Below, piece by piece: positions 1 through 34,419 of a DNA stretch of 64,000 bases. A program made the translations under genes and the position numbers. This DNA comes from the human T2T-CHM13v2.0 reference genome, Homo sapiens. The notes beneath the pieces are model-generated. The model saw only the letters and a program-made list of their open reading frames with translations, searched no databases and was not told the origin of the DNA. Every line of letters starts with the position of its first letter. The first letter of the stretch is position 1. The stretch lies in assembly GCF_009914755.1 (NCBI RefSeq), contig NC_060932.1; one strand, written 5' to 3'.

Positions 1-390
1 CTTCCCCACAAAGACTTATACATGAACATTGCTGGCAGGATTATTCATAAATAGCCAATGGAATATTCTTTAGCATAAAAAGAACCAATCTACTGAAACT
101 TGCAACAGTATGGATGAGCCTCAGAAGAATTATGCTAAGGAAAAGAAGCCAAATACATATTGTATGATGTATATATCTACCTATTTTTATAAAATTTCTA
201 GAAAAGAAAAATCTATAGTGAAAGAAAGCAGATCAATGCTCTCCTGGGGCTGAGGTTGGGAGAGGGATTCATTGCCAGTGAGCATGTGGTAACTTTTTAG
301 GGTGATGGAAATGTTCTAAAACCTGATTGTGGGATTGGTTGCACAACCATAAATTTACTAGAAATAATTTAACTGTGCACTTACAATACG
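1..390 (+). mobile_element. Old L1M (L1MB/ME-like) 3' end fragment
   Basis: Typical L1M 3' UTR motifs: tggatgagcctc..attatgctaag, gaaagcagatca, gtgatggaaatgttctaaaac. Confidence 0.75.
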
Positions 391-394
391 TAAT

Positions 395-1348
<954 letters not shown>

Positions 1349-1469
1349 TCAGTGAGACTATTTTTAAAATGTACTGCCCAGCCCACTTCCCTGCCCTTTT
1401 AAGAGAATGTATTAAACATAATTGAACCTTTTTCTTCAGGGTCATCAGCATAACTATGTTGTATTTTCA

Positions 1470-2040
1470 GTATAGTAAAGTGATTCAGTGATGGTTGGGT
1501 GATTCCTCAGCAAGTTGCAGAACCTCCAAAGCTTCAGCTTCTTCATTTGTGAAATTAAGATGATAAGCATTTCTAGCACATAGGGTTATTAGGAGAATTA
1601 CAATGAAACATGTATAACACTTAGAAGAGAGGTAAAGAAAACTCAGTAACAGTAGCTGATAGATGCTGATGATGACCTACCATGCTTCATTTTGCAGATG
1701 GGAGAAAAGGGAGAAAGTGGTAGGGAGATGCCAAAAAATCCAAGATGTTAAAATCAAAAACAACTCTCTGAGGCATGTCAGTTTATGTTCCCTATGATCT
1801 TCCTGGCTTTCCTAGTTTCATAACTACTTACAAATCATTTATGCATGGGGCGTTTATCAAAAACCTGTGATGTGCCAGGCACTTTTCTTTATAGGATCTC
1901 TTTTTAATCCTTGTAGCAATCTTGTGTGATCAGCTACTTTACCAATGAGGACTCAAGGTTTGAAGACAAGTCCTGCCTCTAGTAAGTGATAGTCTTAAAT
2001 CAATTCTGAGTTTGCCTGACTTCAAAACTCACACTTTCCA
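1470..2040. mobile_element. MIR fragments
   Basis: MIR core-like cttcagcttcttcatttgtgaaat..agggttattaggaga, and atgaggactcaaggtt..ctgacttcaaa. Confidence 0.6.
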
Positions 2041-2094
2041 TTATAACAATAGAGTAAGAATGGTGACAGTGGCTAATGAACCTGCAAAGGGGAC

Positions 2095-4670
<2,576 letters not shown>

Positions 4671-4685
4671 CCCCTTTCCTTATTC

Positions 4686-5086
4686 TTAAAGGAAGCACTT
4701 TACAGCTCTGCTTTGACATATCTGAATTGCCAGCATTACTACTCTTGCAGTTTGGGGCCATGATGAAGTAAAATAAGGGTGACTTGAACACAAGTATTGC
4801 AATCTGTTAACCAATAACCAAACAACTACTAAACGACTAAGGGGAAGGTAGCCTCTATGGCGTCTATAGCATGGAGATGTTGGACAAAGGGAGAATTCAC
4901 ATCCAGTCAAGATGTAGCAGAACCTCGAAATATTTCATCACATAACTCAGAATGGCACAAAATTTAAAACTTATGAATTGAATTGTTTATTTCTGGAATT
5001 TTCCATTTAATATTTTTGCACTACAATTGACCACAGATAACTGAAACCTGGGAAAGCAAAACCAAGGTAAGGGGAGACTAGTGTAT
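4686..5086. mobile_element. MER44/Tigger7-type DNA transposon remnant
   Basis: aaggaagcactttacagct... through gataactgaaacc...aaggggagactagtgTA, with a terminal inverted-repeat-like end and TA target. Confidence 0.75.
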
Positions 5087-7071
5087 CCATGCCTCAGTAC
5101 CAAACTCTTTCACTTACTGTAGTTTCACAAAACATTTTAATGTCTGTTAAGGATCCCTTCACTCCTTTTATTTATTTTCAGAATGTATTATACATTACAT
5201 TGAATAGATGAGTACTTAATTTCAAGATACTTCCTCTTCACATTTTAATAAGATTTGGTAAGTACTAGAGAGACTCAAGGATTGGGGGCAGGAAAACAAG
5301 GGAACATTCAGATGTTAATTAGCTCAACCTGTCCCCACAGACACTGCGAGTTGTAAAAGAGAGAAAAGGAGGAAGAAAGAGTTTAGAGGGAGGAAGGGAG
5401 GAGACAAGAAAGATGAGGTTGGGCACTTTCACCTGGTGGCACTTGCCTATAATTCCAACAATTTGAGAGGCCAAGGCAGGAGATTGCTTGAGTCCAAGAG
5501 CTGGAGATCAGCCTGGGCAACAAACCCAGACCCCATCTCTACAAAAAATACATTAAAAAATTAGCCTAGCATGGTGGTGCGCACCTGTAGTCCTGGCTAC
5601 TCAGGAGGCTGAGGTGGAGGATTGCTTGACCCCAGTAGTTTGAAGCTGCAGTGAGCTATAATTGCACCAACTGCACTCCAGCCTGGGTGACAGAGTGAGA
5701 CCCTGACTCGCAAGAGAAAAAAACAGATGAGTTTGCGGTGTTCCCTTCCCCTGCAACATGGCTCCTGCTACCCCATTCCACCGAAATGCTCTTGACAAAG
5801 GACACTAGGTTTTTCTGGTTTTGAAATCCAATGGACTCTTTTCTTAGGGTCTTGTAGATAGTCCCCAAAAGATAGCAGTGCTTTGCTGATATTCTTATTA
5901 ACCTACAAGGTCAGACCCAGTTTGAATAGCGGCACACCTCCTATTCCTTTGAGTTGAGTTCATCACCCCAGTCCAAGAGAATCTAATCCAGACACAATGA
6001 TGTCTGGGTCACACAATAATCTCTGCATTTATTTTCATGCCTCTTCTTCCCCTTCGCATCTTCCCCTCCTTACGTCATCCTTATTTCTTTTCTGCTTGAG
6101 TTTGAGAATGGTACAGTGAAGGATTTTAAGGAGGGGCAGGGTGTGGGCACAGACCGATTGAGCACCAGGGATAAAAAATATTTCCCAAGAATCTCCAACA
6201 TTCACCTTGCAGCATACTTTACCTGAGTATCTCTACAGTTGATAAGGTCCATGGTTCTGTGTCTAATACAATGTTTGAAAGCAGGGGCACTCAGTATCTG
6301 TTGAATAATCAACTACTCAATTATGCATTGCTTGTAGGTCAGAATTGCTGCAACCTTTCATGATAACTGCAGGTTATCCTCAAGAACTCATTTCTGCAGA
6401 ACCTGGCGAAGCCCAGATTTGATATAAATAAGTGTAGTTTCATTGACATTTAGTCTAGGGCAAGTAAAGCAAGTAAATTACCCAATGAGGTGATTTATAA
6501 ATTCATTCAACTCAATTCTCTGATAGGAAGCTAAGCAACGTGCTGTGGTCATTGGGCCTGATTTATATCAGAAAAGTGTACAAAAGAAAATGGAGGTTCT
6601 CTATCTTGCTCTTGTCCTCTCCTGGTCTCCTGTTACTATATAACAGGCATCCTTTTCCTTTAATTACCTTCTTCATGGCTTGAGAGCTTTGATGACTTGA
6701 TTAAGCCTTGCAGTGCAGTTCCAGTCCCTACCCATCTGATTAATTAGCCCAAACCTTATTAACTTCCTAATTCTGATCAATAAGGCACTGATGCTCAACT
6801 GTGCAAGGGCAAACTAAGGAGGCAATTTTATTTCAAGACACAGAGTCCCTACTACTTTTTTTTAACCATCTTTTCTTTATCTTACATTTTAACACCAGCC
6901 AAGTTGGAATATGGTAATATAAGAATAGTCCCACGAAGTCAGCACACACTCTCCAGCACTAGTCACTTGGTGCAACAGTCCTATTTTGGTGACATTATTT
7001 GGAAATTTTGCGTGAAGGGCCTCTGTTATTCAGGATATCAGGCAAATGTTGCTCTCAGCCAAAGAAAGAGT

Positions 7072-7118
7072 ATGACAACGATGACGATAATGATGATGAT
7101 GATGATGATCATGATGAT
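7072..7118. repeat. Imperfect (GAT)n trinucleotide microsatellite
   Basis: atgacaacgatgacgataatgatgatgatgatgatgatcatgatgat. Confidence 0.9.
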
Positions 7119-7217
7119 TCCTGCTCTGCAGGAAATGGACAAAATATACAACAAGAAGCACCTCTTCTCCAAACTCAAATTCAGAATGGAGTTCTCCAAC
7201 ACTGAGAGAATATTTCA

Positions 7218-8843
<1,626 letters not shown>

Positions 8844-8851
8844 TTCTAGCT

Positions 8852-9021
8852 CAGGGAATCTCAAACTTGAGCATGTATCACCTGGAGGGTTTATTAAAAC
8901 ACACATGGTTGGCTCCATCCCCAGAGTCACTGATTCAGTAGTCTGGGGTTGGAGACTTAACATTTCTAATAAATTCCCAGGTGATGCTGATGCTGCTTGT
9001 TGGGCACCCCACTTTGAGAGC

Positions 9022-9025
<4 letters not shown>
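8852..9025. mobile_element. MER5A-type hAT element
   Basis: tctcaaacttgagcatg..tcacctggaggg..ctgattcagta..ttcccaggtgatgctgatgctg..cactttgaga. Confidence 0.8.
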
Positions 9026-14027
<5,002 letters not shown>

Positions 14028-14731
14028 TTAGCTATTCTCAATACTCGGTCCTGGGACTCCACACTCTAGGGTAGGGGAGGGGATACCTTCAAACAGGCAG
14101 AACAATTGCATTAGTAAAGCTGATTCCTTTTAAATATGATTAGAAATTTTTTTTTAAACTGCAAAATTATTCAAAACATACTGGATAAAACCCTCAGATA
14201 GAGCTTTTATGTTATTCTTTCATATTTGATGTGTGTTATTCTTAAAAGAGGTAAAAATTACATTAGCAAATCAGATCATGACATTTGCTAATTATAGTCA
14301 ATCCTCATTTTATTTCATCTTGTAAAATGTTTAATATCTTCTATCTCCTATTAACCTCGAACGAATTTATATGCTAGCTGCCAGATCAATTTGTTTTGAG
14401 GAGAGCATATCTTCATCTTCCATTAGGCACATGGAGAAAGTTTAATTATGATCCATGTCAATAAGAGACACATTTTCAGTAGGTTTACTTTTTCTCTTTA
14501 TAACTCCTTCTCAAAATATGTAATATACTTATGTGTTTGTATTAGTTATGAACTAATAGAATAATAATGCAGAATAGATTTGTTAACACTTAGCTGCATC
14601 ATGGTCACAGGGAAAAAAACTAGTTGAGAATTTTCCCTTTGATGGAAAATTTATTTATTTCCATAAAATTTATTGATTTACGTGTTCTATTGTCAGAGAG
14701 ACATGTTCTAGATAAAAGAAATATTAGTAAA

Positions 14732-19060
<4,329 letters not shown>

Positions 19061-19775
19061 TCAGGCTCTCTTCTGACTTTAACTATCACCCAGATGCTGA
19101 TAGCTCCCAAATCTACATAGCCAGCCTCAAGAGAGCCACTGAACCTCAGACTAGGCTGCCAGAAAGGCTGACAACACCCACAGCATAACTAGTAACCAGC
19201 AGCCTCTTTCAACTATTCCTTCCTGGAAGCCCCACATCAAACCTCATCAACCCACTTAGAGCTGAGAAGACTGAGGTTCAGAGAGATCGAGTAACTTTCC
19301 AAAATCCCCTTCCTAATGAGAGTGGCTAAGTCATGATGGAAACCACTTTCCATATCTTCCCAAAGCCCATGCCATTCACTCGCCCATCCACCTCCACTCC
19401 CAGTCCCTCACTTCTGCAGCTACCTTGCCCTCTGCTTTCCTGGCGATAGTGGGTTGCTTGGCTTCCCCACACACACCCTGCTGATTCCCGGTTTCTCCGC
19501 ATCTTGTGCAAAGCGAACAATTTAAGAAGAGACTGGAACGGGGAAGGCTTCCCTGAAAAAGAGGCATTCAAGTTGGAAACTAAAAATAAGTTTCTTAGGC
19601 AGAGAGCACTGAGGGAGGGGAGGGAGAGGCTGTTCCACTGAAGGGCTTTCCCTTCATTTGTGAAATGTATGTGTGTGAAACCTCCAGTGTGCCTGGAGGG
19701 TGGGAAAGGAGACAGCTCCACTGGAAGTTGGAAAGGCCACCCAAACTCATCAGGCTGGCTCTGCATGCATGATGA

Positions 19776-21719
<1,944 letters not shown>

Positions 21720-22263
21720 TAAACGTCCGTTTACTATAGCAAGAAGGGATTGAAGGGGAGCCAGAACAGAGGTAAGGACACAACCTCAGCAGCTATTCCA
21801 GGTGACTATCATGAACAACGGTTTACTGTGTAGCTAGAAGAGCAGGTCCATGAGGAGGACAGGAGGACCTTGCAGAGGCCATCCTTTCAAGAAGTCAAGG
21901 GCAGAGAATGTTTCAAGGGGTGGGAGTAGGAGAGTGACCGACCCACCAGATAAGGGGTTAAAATAGCCATTTATAATCTCACCAAGGGCAATTTGCAACA
22001 TGTTTTGATAAGTTCTTTGAGTTTGCATACCTAGATTCAGGTGATCTATCCATTTCCAAGAAACTGTCAGGCCCAAAAATGAATTCAAGCCCCATCATTT
22101 GCAAGACTGAAAATTTGCAGCTTTGAAATGAGAACTTTTCCCGTCAGCTTTTTAACAGCCTGAGGGCAAGTTTATCTTGTCACTTGTTTCTCACCAGCAC
22201 TGTGCCTGGCCTCTGCTTTGACAATTCAATACCCCAAAGGGAAGATAGAAAATTGCAATTCTT

Positions 22264-22898
<635 letters not shown>

Positions 22899-23797
22899 TA
22901 AAAATTGCAATTCTTTTGTTGTAAAATTTTCAGCTACAAAGACCTATGACACACGTGCTAATAGCTTTTTCCCTTAGAGGATGCCATAAGGTATTGTCTT
23001 CTACTACTCTGCATGAAATACAACTCAAATTTAAAAATTTCACAGTGAGAACTTCCTAGACTCTGATTTGGAGTGATTACTTAGATTTCATTCCTCTTTA
23101 TTGCTCTATATGGCCCTGTGAAATAAACCAAAACAAACATATGACAGTATCTGAAAAAATACAGTTATTGTTCCTTCAGAAGGATATGCAGCCCTCATCG
23201 GGTTGCTCGGTCTTTCACCTAGTTTGGTCTGGCACAGAAATTAACTTCATTTTACAGCTCATCACACTCAGCACATGCTCCAACAAATGGATTCCTGTGT
23301 CCGGAGACCAGTAAAATCCCTGCCTCTCTTGGGGATTCTGCTACAGCATTTGTTCTAGGACATTAATGGATGTCCTAACCAGTCCATGTTTTCTAAGGCA
23401 ATGACAACTCAAGGTCATACTCTTAAAATGAGGCATGTTCAATATAATGACTACAAAAAATTGTACATATGCAGCACACAGAGATTTCTGGTGGTGTCTA
23501 TCATACATACTGTTTCTTTTTCCAATATGAAATTTAATGAGGATTCTTATTCTAAGAGGCATTTTAAAAATCAACAAATCAATTTCTAGTAAGCAGCCTT
23601 TTGCGTGAGTTAGCGAAAATGTTCAATCAGTGCCCAGTGTTTGCTCAGAGGCATTGAAGGGAAATGTAACTAGAAATGTGTACCAGATGAGTGATGAAGA
23701 AATGGTCAAGATTACATGCTCTCTCTAAACTTATACCCCAAGCCAAAAAGACACATTTAACTGTAATTGCTACCAAAATTCTTCAAACTGTATATCA

Positions 23798-24386
<589 letters not shown>

Positions 24387-24449
24387 TCACTTGAGCCCAG
24401 GAGTTCAAGGCTGTAGTGAGCTCTGATTGCACCACTATGCTACAGCCTC

Positions 24450-24738
24450 TGTTGGAGGCAATACGGGTTCTTGTCACACAACCAGGAAAGATCAGGCTCG
24501 CAGACACTTTGAAGGGTGAGGGGGTTATGGAATTTGTTGAGTAAAAAGGAAACACAGCAAAGCGAGAGGTGTTCCTGTTAACAGGCCCCTATCTCACAGA
24601 TTGAATCCCAGGTTACCACACAGGACTAGGCTCCCCACTAGCTGAGAACCTCAGAAACTTCCCAAGGCCCCACCCTGTCTCCCAGTGTGCAGGACAGTTG
24701 GAGATTCTCTGGGGAGCTCTTTTTATTTGGCTGTCTCA
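24450..24738 (-). mobile_element. Solo ERV1-type LTR (MER61-like), 289 bp
   Basis: TG...CA termini (minus strand TGAGACAGCC...CAACA) and a 4-bp TSD CCTC at 24446-24449 and 24739-24742. Family name from memory. Confidence 0.75.
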
Positions 24739-24764
24739 CCTCCAGGCTATGCAACACAGTCCAT

Positions 24765-25698
<934 letters not shown>

Positions 25699-25779
25699 GT
25701 ATCTTTCTCTTTTAATGCTTATTCAAAACAAAATCATATATGAACATGATTTTAAAAGTCACGTAGAGTTAATAGTATT

Positions 25780-25935
25780 ATAACAGTGTCAATTGCCTGG
25801 TTTTGATAATGTTCTATGGTTAGATAAGATGTTATCATTGGGGAAAATGAGATGAATGGTACATGAGAACCCCATGTAATATCTTTGAAACTTCTTGTTA
25901 GGCTTAAAATGTTTCAAAATAACAACTATTTAAAA
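25780..25935 (+). mobile_element. L1MC/MD-like 3' end fragment
   Basis: ttgataatgt..taagatgttatcattgggga..aaacttcttgt..aaaatgtttcaaaataa. Confidence 0.65.
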
Positions 25936-26738
25936 ACTCACATAATTTTGCAGAGTTTATAACAAAAATTTGGCAGATCCTAATCCTAGCATGCCCCATT
26001 GTTTTTTCTTTCTCTTTTCTTTTCTTTCTTCCTTCTTTCTTTCCTTCTTTTTTTCCTTCTTTTCTTCTTTTTTTTCTCTGTTCTTTCTTTTACTGCTGGT
26101 AAGCTGTGAGGCTATTGTTGATTCATATTCTCCCTAAAGAAACTATCAGCAATAGCTAGCCCCAAATTTGTAAATAATATGTATATACCACCATTTATTT
26201 TCTTTTCTTTTATTTTATTTGTTAACTCTTGCCTTCCTACTATGGAAGATGAGGCTCTCATACCTCCCAGGTCCCACATGTGTTATCCCTTCCTTCTATC
26301 CTCACAATATATTCATATCATTCTTTCAGTTTTATCAGTATTACTCATTGTTTGTTGTTATGGCAGCACATATTATTCCTAGATGAGCTAAATAGTATCC
26401 TGGCTATAGCTATGGCATATTTTCCCTTTCCTGTACCATTTCTCTCTTTTTTTTTGTTTTACTTTTTAAAAATTCTTTTTTATTTTACTTTTTATTTGTT
26501 ACCACTTCTTTTTATCCCTGGAGTTCATAAGTGTCTTCCTTTTTGGCTGGTGTTTGCTTGCCTAGTTTATTGTGGGTTTCTTCCTCACTTCCCTCCTTAC
26601 CCCTTGAGGTGCCTCCATTCTGCTCTGGTTTGTACTGCTTGCTCTCTGGCCCTGGGACATAGCCATCATCCTGTGACTTCTCCTGCCATTATTCTGGGAT
26701 GCAAACATCTGTGCTGTGTCCTCTGTTTCCTGGATCCT

Positions 26739-27014
26739 TACAGTTCCACGTGGCTAGGGAGGCCTCGCAATCATGGTGGAAGGCAAGGAGGAGCAAGTCA
26801 CATCTTACATGGATGGCAGCAGGCAAAGAGAGAGAGCTTGTCCAGGGGAACTCCTCTTTATAAAACCATCAGATCTCATGAGACTTATTCACTATCATGA
26901 GAACAGCACGGGAAACACTTGCCCCCATGATTCAATTACCTCCCACCAGGTCCCTCCCACAACACATGGGAATTCAAGATGAGATTTGGGTAGGGATACA
27001 ACAAAACCATATCA
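26739..27014 (-). mobile_element. THE1-type MaLR LTR, truncated at its 3' end
   Basis: gcaaggaggagcaagtcacatcttacatggatggcagcaggc..aaaccatcagatctcatgagacttattcactatcatgagaacagca..aaccatatca. Confidence 0.88.
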
Positions 27015-27340
27015 GCGGTTATAATTCCTTTTAGATTTGGGGTCTCCTGGATTAAACCTTTTTTTCTCTCCCATTTTCCACTTGTTTGTGCTTGTTAATG
27101 TTGTTGTTCTTATACTTTCTGTGATTTCCTCAATTTCATCTTCCACCCTTCCAACTGTGCTATTTAAAAAAAATTTTGCTGTTATATTTTTAATTTCCAA
27201 GGGGTTTTTGTCCTCTGTTTACTGTTGTATATACCCCTGTTCTTGTTTCATGAATGCAAGATCTTCTAGTATGTCTCTGAAGGTCTGAGAGTTTATTTTT
27301 AAAGTTTTCTCTGCTCCATATACTGTCTCTATTTTTCTTT
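27015..27340 (-). mobile_element. Ancient L1 ORF1-region relic
   Basis: Minus-strand peptide EIKNITAK..RVEDEIEEITES resembles a degenerate L1 ORF1p coiled coil. Confidence 0.55.
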
Positions 27341-29199
27341 CTATTTCCTTATTTTTTTTTTTTTGGCGGGGGGCGGGGATGGAATCTCACTCTGTTGCCT
27401 AGTGAGGGGTGCAGTGGCACGATCTCAACTCACAGCAATCTCCGCCTCCCAGGTTCAAACTATTCTCCTGCCTCAGCCTCCCAAGTAGCTGCAACTACAG
27501 ATGTGCACCACCACGTCTGTCTAATTTATTTTGTATTTTTAGTAGAGACAGGGTTTCACCATATTGGCCAGACTGTTCTTGAACTCCTGACCTCAGGTGA
27601 TCCACCCATCTTGGCCTCCCAAAGTGCCTGGATAACAGGCATGAGCTACTGCCCCTGGCCCTATTTCCTTATTTTGGTCTCTGTCTGGTATGTTGGAGGC
27701 TTTTCTCTAATGTTGGTGATCCTTGTTGGGGATGCTCTGTTTGGCATGTTCTGTTCACTCTCAGGTGGGCCTGGATGCACACGTTGGGGATGAGATCTGT
27801 GCATCTAACTGCTCGTTATACAACTTCCAACCAATTATCCTAATTTCCTTCCCACCCACACTCGCGTTTTCAGAAGAAATTGATGTCTTTTTTCCTGAGC
27901 CGTCCTGAGGTCTGTGGTGGGAATTCTCTTGGTTCTTGTCAAATTCGCCACCAACTCAGGGGAGTCAGCTCTCTCGGGTTGGCTAAATCAGTTAATACTT
28001 GGCCATCTGCTTCCAGCCTTCTACAAAAAACTAGGTTGAAATCGCTCATCTACTGTCATTTCTTTTCCCTTTGTTTTTATAGGTTTCTCCTTTTTAGCCT
28101 TTTAGTACTATTTCACTTGGATTTCATGAGGGAACAGATATAAACATCTGGGTTCTAAATGTTTCCCCTGGACCTTCCAAACCAAGCAATTCAAATACAG
28201 CAGACTTCTCTTATGCAATTTACATTTTTGTGCTAACATGTATAGTACTCAGGTCTTCATCACACCTGATTCCAGAATTTTGATGATAAAGGCAAAAGAA
28301 ACCCTTAGATTTCACAACTGCTTGGCTTCTTTTTTCTCCCATGGTTTCCCACATATCTTGAGTCAACTTTTCTAGAACAATGGCATAATGAAACTTTTTC
28401 TCTTTTCTTAAATATTATCTTTTCAGTTCTCCAAAACTCTATTCGCAGTGTTTGCCTTCCATGAAGCATTCCTCCATTGCCAGCTGCATCTTTTCCCAAT
28501 CCTTCTAGTTCACTCTAACTCACTAGTTGTATATTGGACATCGTATTTCATGTTCATGCTATTTATACATCTGGTATACTTCCCATGACTCACAGCCCTC
28601 CTTCACTCCCAAGGGATAATAGACCATCAGAGAGAGGTTATTTTATTTTATTTTATTTTATTTTATTATTTTATTTTGTTTTGAGATGGAGTCTCACTCT
28701 GTCACCCAGGCTGGAGTGCAGTGCACCATCTCAGATCACTGCAACCTCTGCCTACCGGATTCAAGCAATTCTCCCTGCCTCAGCCTCCCAAGTAGCTGAG
28801 ATTAGAGGCACCTGCCACCATGCCCAGCTAATTTTTATATTTTGTTAGTAGAGACAGGGTTTCACCATGTTGGCCTGACTTGTCTTGAACTCCTGACATC
28901 AGGTGATCCACCCGCCTCGGCCTCCCAAAGTGCTGGGATTACAGGTGTGAGCCACTGTGCCCAGCCTGGTGATTCATTTTAAGTTAATCCATTCAAGGGT
29001 GGGATTCCTGAGGATTTATGCCTCCTAATTTTATGGGGAAAAGTTAGAACTAATTTCCCAGAGAAAGGGAAGGTTAAGCTGAGATTTAAGGAGTTTAGCT
29101 AGGTGAAGCGTGGTGACCCAGGTAGAGTAAATTATCTCCCTATATATCCCTTGACCCCTGCAACAGTAGTCAGGGGACATTCCTATTAATGATGGTTCA

Positions 29200-29883
<684 letters not shown>

Positions 29884-30769
29884 CTATATCTTTTGCTCAA
29901 GCAGTAAGTAGCACACACAAGCAGGCAGGTTATGTGTGTATATGTACATATTTTTTGAGACAGCGGCTTACTCTGTCACCCAGGCTGGAATGCAGAGTGC
30001 AGTGGCATGATCTCAGCTCTCTGCAGTCTCTGCCTCCTGGGCTCAAATGATCCTCCCATCTCAGCCTCCTGAGTAGCTGGGACTGCAGGTGCTTGCCATC
30101 ATGCCCACCTAGTTTTTCTAGTTTTAGTAGATAAGGGGTTTTGCCATGTTGCCCAGGCTGGTCTCGAAATCCTGGGCTCAAGCTATCCATCCTCTTCAGC
30201 CTCCCAAAGTGCTGGGATTACAAATGTGAACCACTAAGCCTGGCCTAAATATATATATTTAACATATACAAATATATATTATACATATACTAATCTATCA
30301 AGGAACCAACATGAGCAGTATAAGAGCTAATCTCTTATATTCAAGAAGGTTATGCAGTTGTGAAGTAGATGTACAGGGGAGTCAGATTTAGGGAAAGTGA
30401 ATAATGAAAAAATACCACAAAATGGCAGGTGAGTGGTCTGCATCGGCCTTGCACTAAGGCTTCATCCTTTCACTCCCTGAACAGCTAGCAAAACACGAAG
30501 ACAAGGATGGGAGGAAAGGCCTCCCTCCGGCTTTGACGCCTTGCTCCCTCACGAACCGCTTTCAGATGTACGGATCCCCTTCAGGCAAAAAGAAAAACAC
30601 CACTAAAAGAAACCAGTCACCCCCATTTCAGTGTGCAGATAAAGAACCTGGAGTTAGACCCTTTCCTCCATCGGCTGGTCTCTAGCTGTGGTTGGGCACT
30701 CCCGAAAGATAGATGGAGAGGGAGCCAAGCCCCCAGGGTTAGGGCAGTAGCTGGCCGGGCGGAGCTCTG

Positions 30770-31717
<948 letters not shown>

Positions 31718-31836
31718 CTATTCTCGGCACACCTGGGCCCAACCTTTCCATTCCTTACCTGTGTTTTCTTCCATTTGTTCACGTCTAGAAATGTATTCAA
31801 GTGAACAACAGTCTGGGATGTAGGTATATTATTTAA

Positions 31837-32142
<306 letters not shown>

Positions 32143-32519
32143 TAATGCACCCGCCTCGGCCTCCTAAAGTGCTGGGATTACAGGCGTGAGCCACGCGCCC
32201 GACCAATCATTTTGGTCGACTTTAATGGGCACGTTTCAAGTCATTTTACCGGAGAATACTATCAAAATGAAATGCTCACTACACACTAAATGGGGGGAAA
32301 GCTGTTTACAGAACAGTTTCTGGTGAAAAGAGAAAACACGTAGACATAATCTGGATGGCGGAGACTGAAGAGTGATTATCTCTAGGTGGCTGGATGCTGG
32401 GTATAGGTTGGCCGCAATGTTATTTTTGTAAGGCTAGGAGAAAAACGTTATTTTAAATATACGGAATTTGCTCCTCTCCAAATCCACTCTCCCTTTCGCC
32501 TCCCTAGAGGTTGTCAGGT

Positions 32520-33240
32520 TCAAGAAGCGGCCCGGAGTTGCAGGAAGGGCGCCGGCGTCACTGGCCCCAAGAGCTCGGAACGCGCGCGCCGCAGGAGTGC
32601 CGGCTGCGGGGTCGGGTTGAGACTGGCGGGACCCTCGGCCTCTGCCGGGGTGCGGAAGGTGGATGCTACGGGCAAAGGGGCGGGGCTTGCGGTTCCCAGA
32701 TCCAGAGGCGGGTTGGGGACGTGAGCCGGCGTCCATGTGTTCTGCACCCCTTCTCGCCCGGTGCCTCTCTCAAGGCACGTTTTCCAAAGTGTGTTGAATT
32801 CGGGAATCGATCGAAAATTTCAAGGCCAATTAAATGCCCTCTGATGTAGAGCTCCGATTAGGCCCGAAAGGCTTCAAACAGCCCCTCTAGACCCTCGAGG
32901 GTCTTCGCCGCGGTAACCTTAGGCGTCCCCTCCCCGAGAAGTCTCCCTGAGGCTTTCACAGAGGGCGGGAGGGGCTGCGCTGGGGCCTCCGTTCCCAGTG
33001 CCCCTGACTGGTGGGGAGGGATGGCCTTAGTGTCTGAGAGCAGAGACCAGATTGACTCCCACTTGAGACCAGAAAACGAAGAGGAAGCGGAACCCGAGGT
33101 GGCTGCGGCTCCCCCGGGACACAACCGGGAGAGGAAGTCCTGGCCATCTGCCGGCCCCGCCTGGGGGCATCTGCTCGAGGATCCCTGGGAGCCGTTATCG
33201 TATTCCTCAGAATCTGCCGTGCTGTCCCTCCGCCCCCAAA
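32520..33240. promoter_or_regulatory. Orphan CpG island, right block
   Basis: Very dense non-repeat CpGs (cgcgcgcgcc, tcgatcga), a GC box GGGGCGGGGC at 32677-32686, and a G4 pattern at 32963-32985. No adjacent coding exon. Confidence 0.85.
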
Positions 33241-33987
33241 ACCAACAGGACACCCATTCTGTGATTCTCTTCTTCTCCATCGCCCAGTTGGAGGCTGCTG
33301 GGGACCAGGAGAAAAAAAATGCCTTTCCCGAGTTCTCTAATTCAAATGCTTATCAGCTTTGCACACCATTCGGCCTTTCCAAAAGGGACCAGAAAACAAA
33401 GATATGCTAATGACAAAGGATAATTGAGACCTCGCCTGCCTTGCATATTTTGTTCATAGAAGCTGTAGCAATAATAATGTAATCCTACCTCCCCATTTGA
33501 CATGTAAGGAAACTAAGGCCCATTGGAGTGACAGGCCAGGCTTGGGTGGCTTGTAGCTTCAGTCCATAATGACAGCTGTGAAAGAATTCAAATAAGGTCT
33601 ATGGACGCTTCTTAGGAGGGTTTCCCATCTAATTTCCATCTGCTCAGCTACTAATGCCTGGAAAAATGGATGAAATAGTTGTTACCTGTCTTGAATGAAG
33701 AATTATCTATAAGTGCCCCAGAGATAACACCTGCTATACACAGAATTTGCTATACAGAGAATTTGGATTACTTTCAGCTTAGCATTGTATTGTGAGTGTT
33801 TCCCAATGTCCTGAAGAAGGTTCTCAAAAATGTTTGTAGAAAGAATGCCAAACAGTCTTTGAAAAACTTCAGTTTTAGTAACTACCCAATACTCAATTTT
33901 AGCAATGTGCCACAAGTCCTATTGCTGAACATTTAGGCTGTTAGCAGTTTTCATCATCAAAAAGAGTGCTGCTAACATTCTTGTTCA

Positions 33988-34419
<432 letters not shown>

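Noticed and set aside
5429-5442. CTCF-like TCACCTGGTGGCAC
   Set aside because: It lies in a mutated Alu head with a short insertion, has mismatches at informative positions, and has no other support.
26280-26900. 206-aa hydrophobic ORF resembling a membrane protein
   Set aside because: T-rich degenerate sequence running into a THE1 LTR. The hydrophobicity is compositional.
33021-33410. 129-aa ORF and overlapping antisense ORFs in the CpG island
   Set aside because: Stop-poor GC-rich sequence, no recognisable domain, and ORFs on both strands. Would need Ribo-seq or conservation support.
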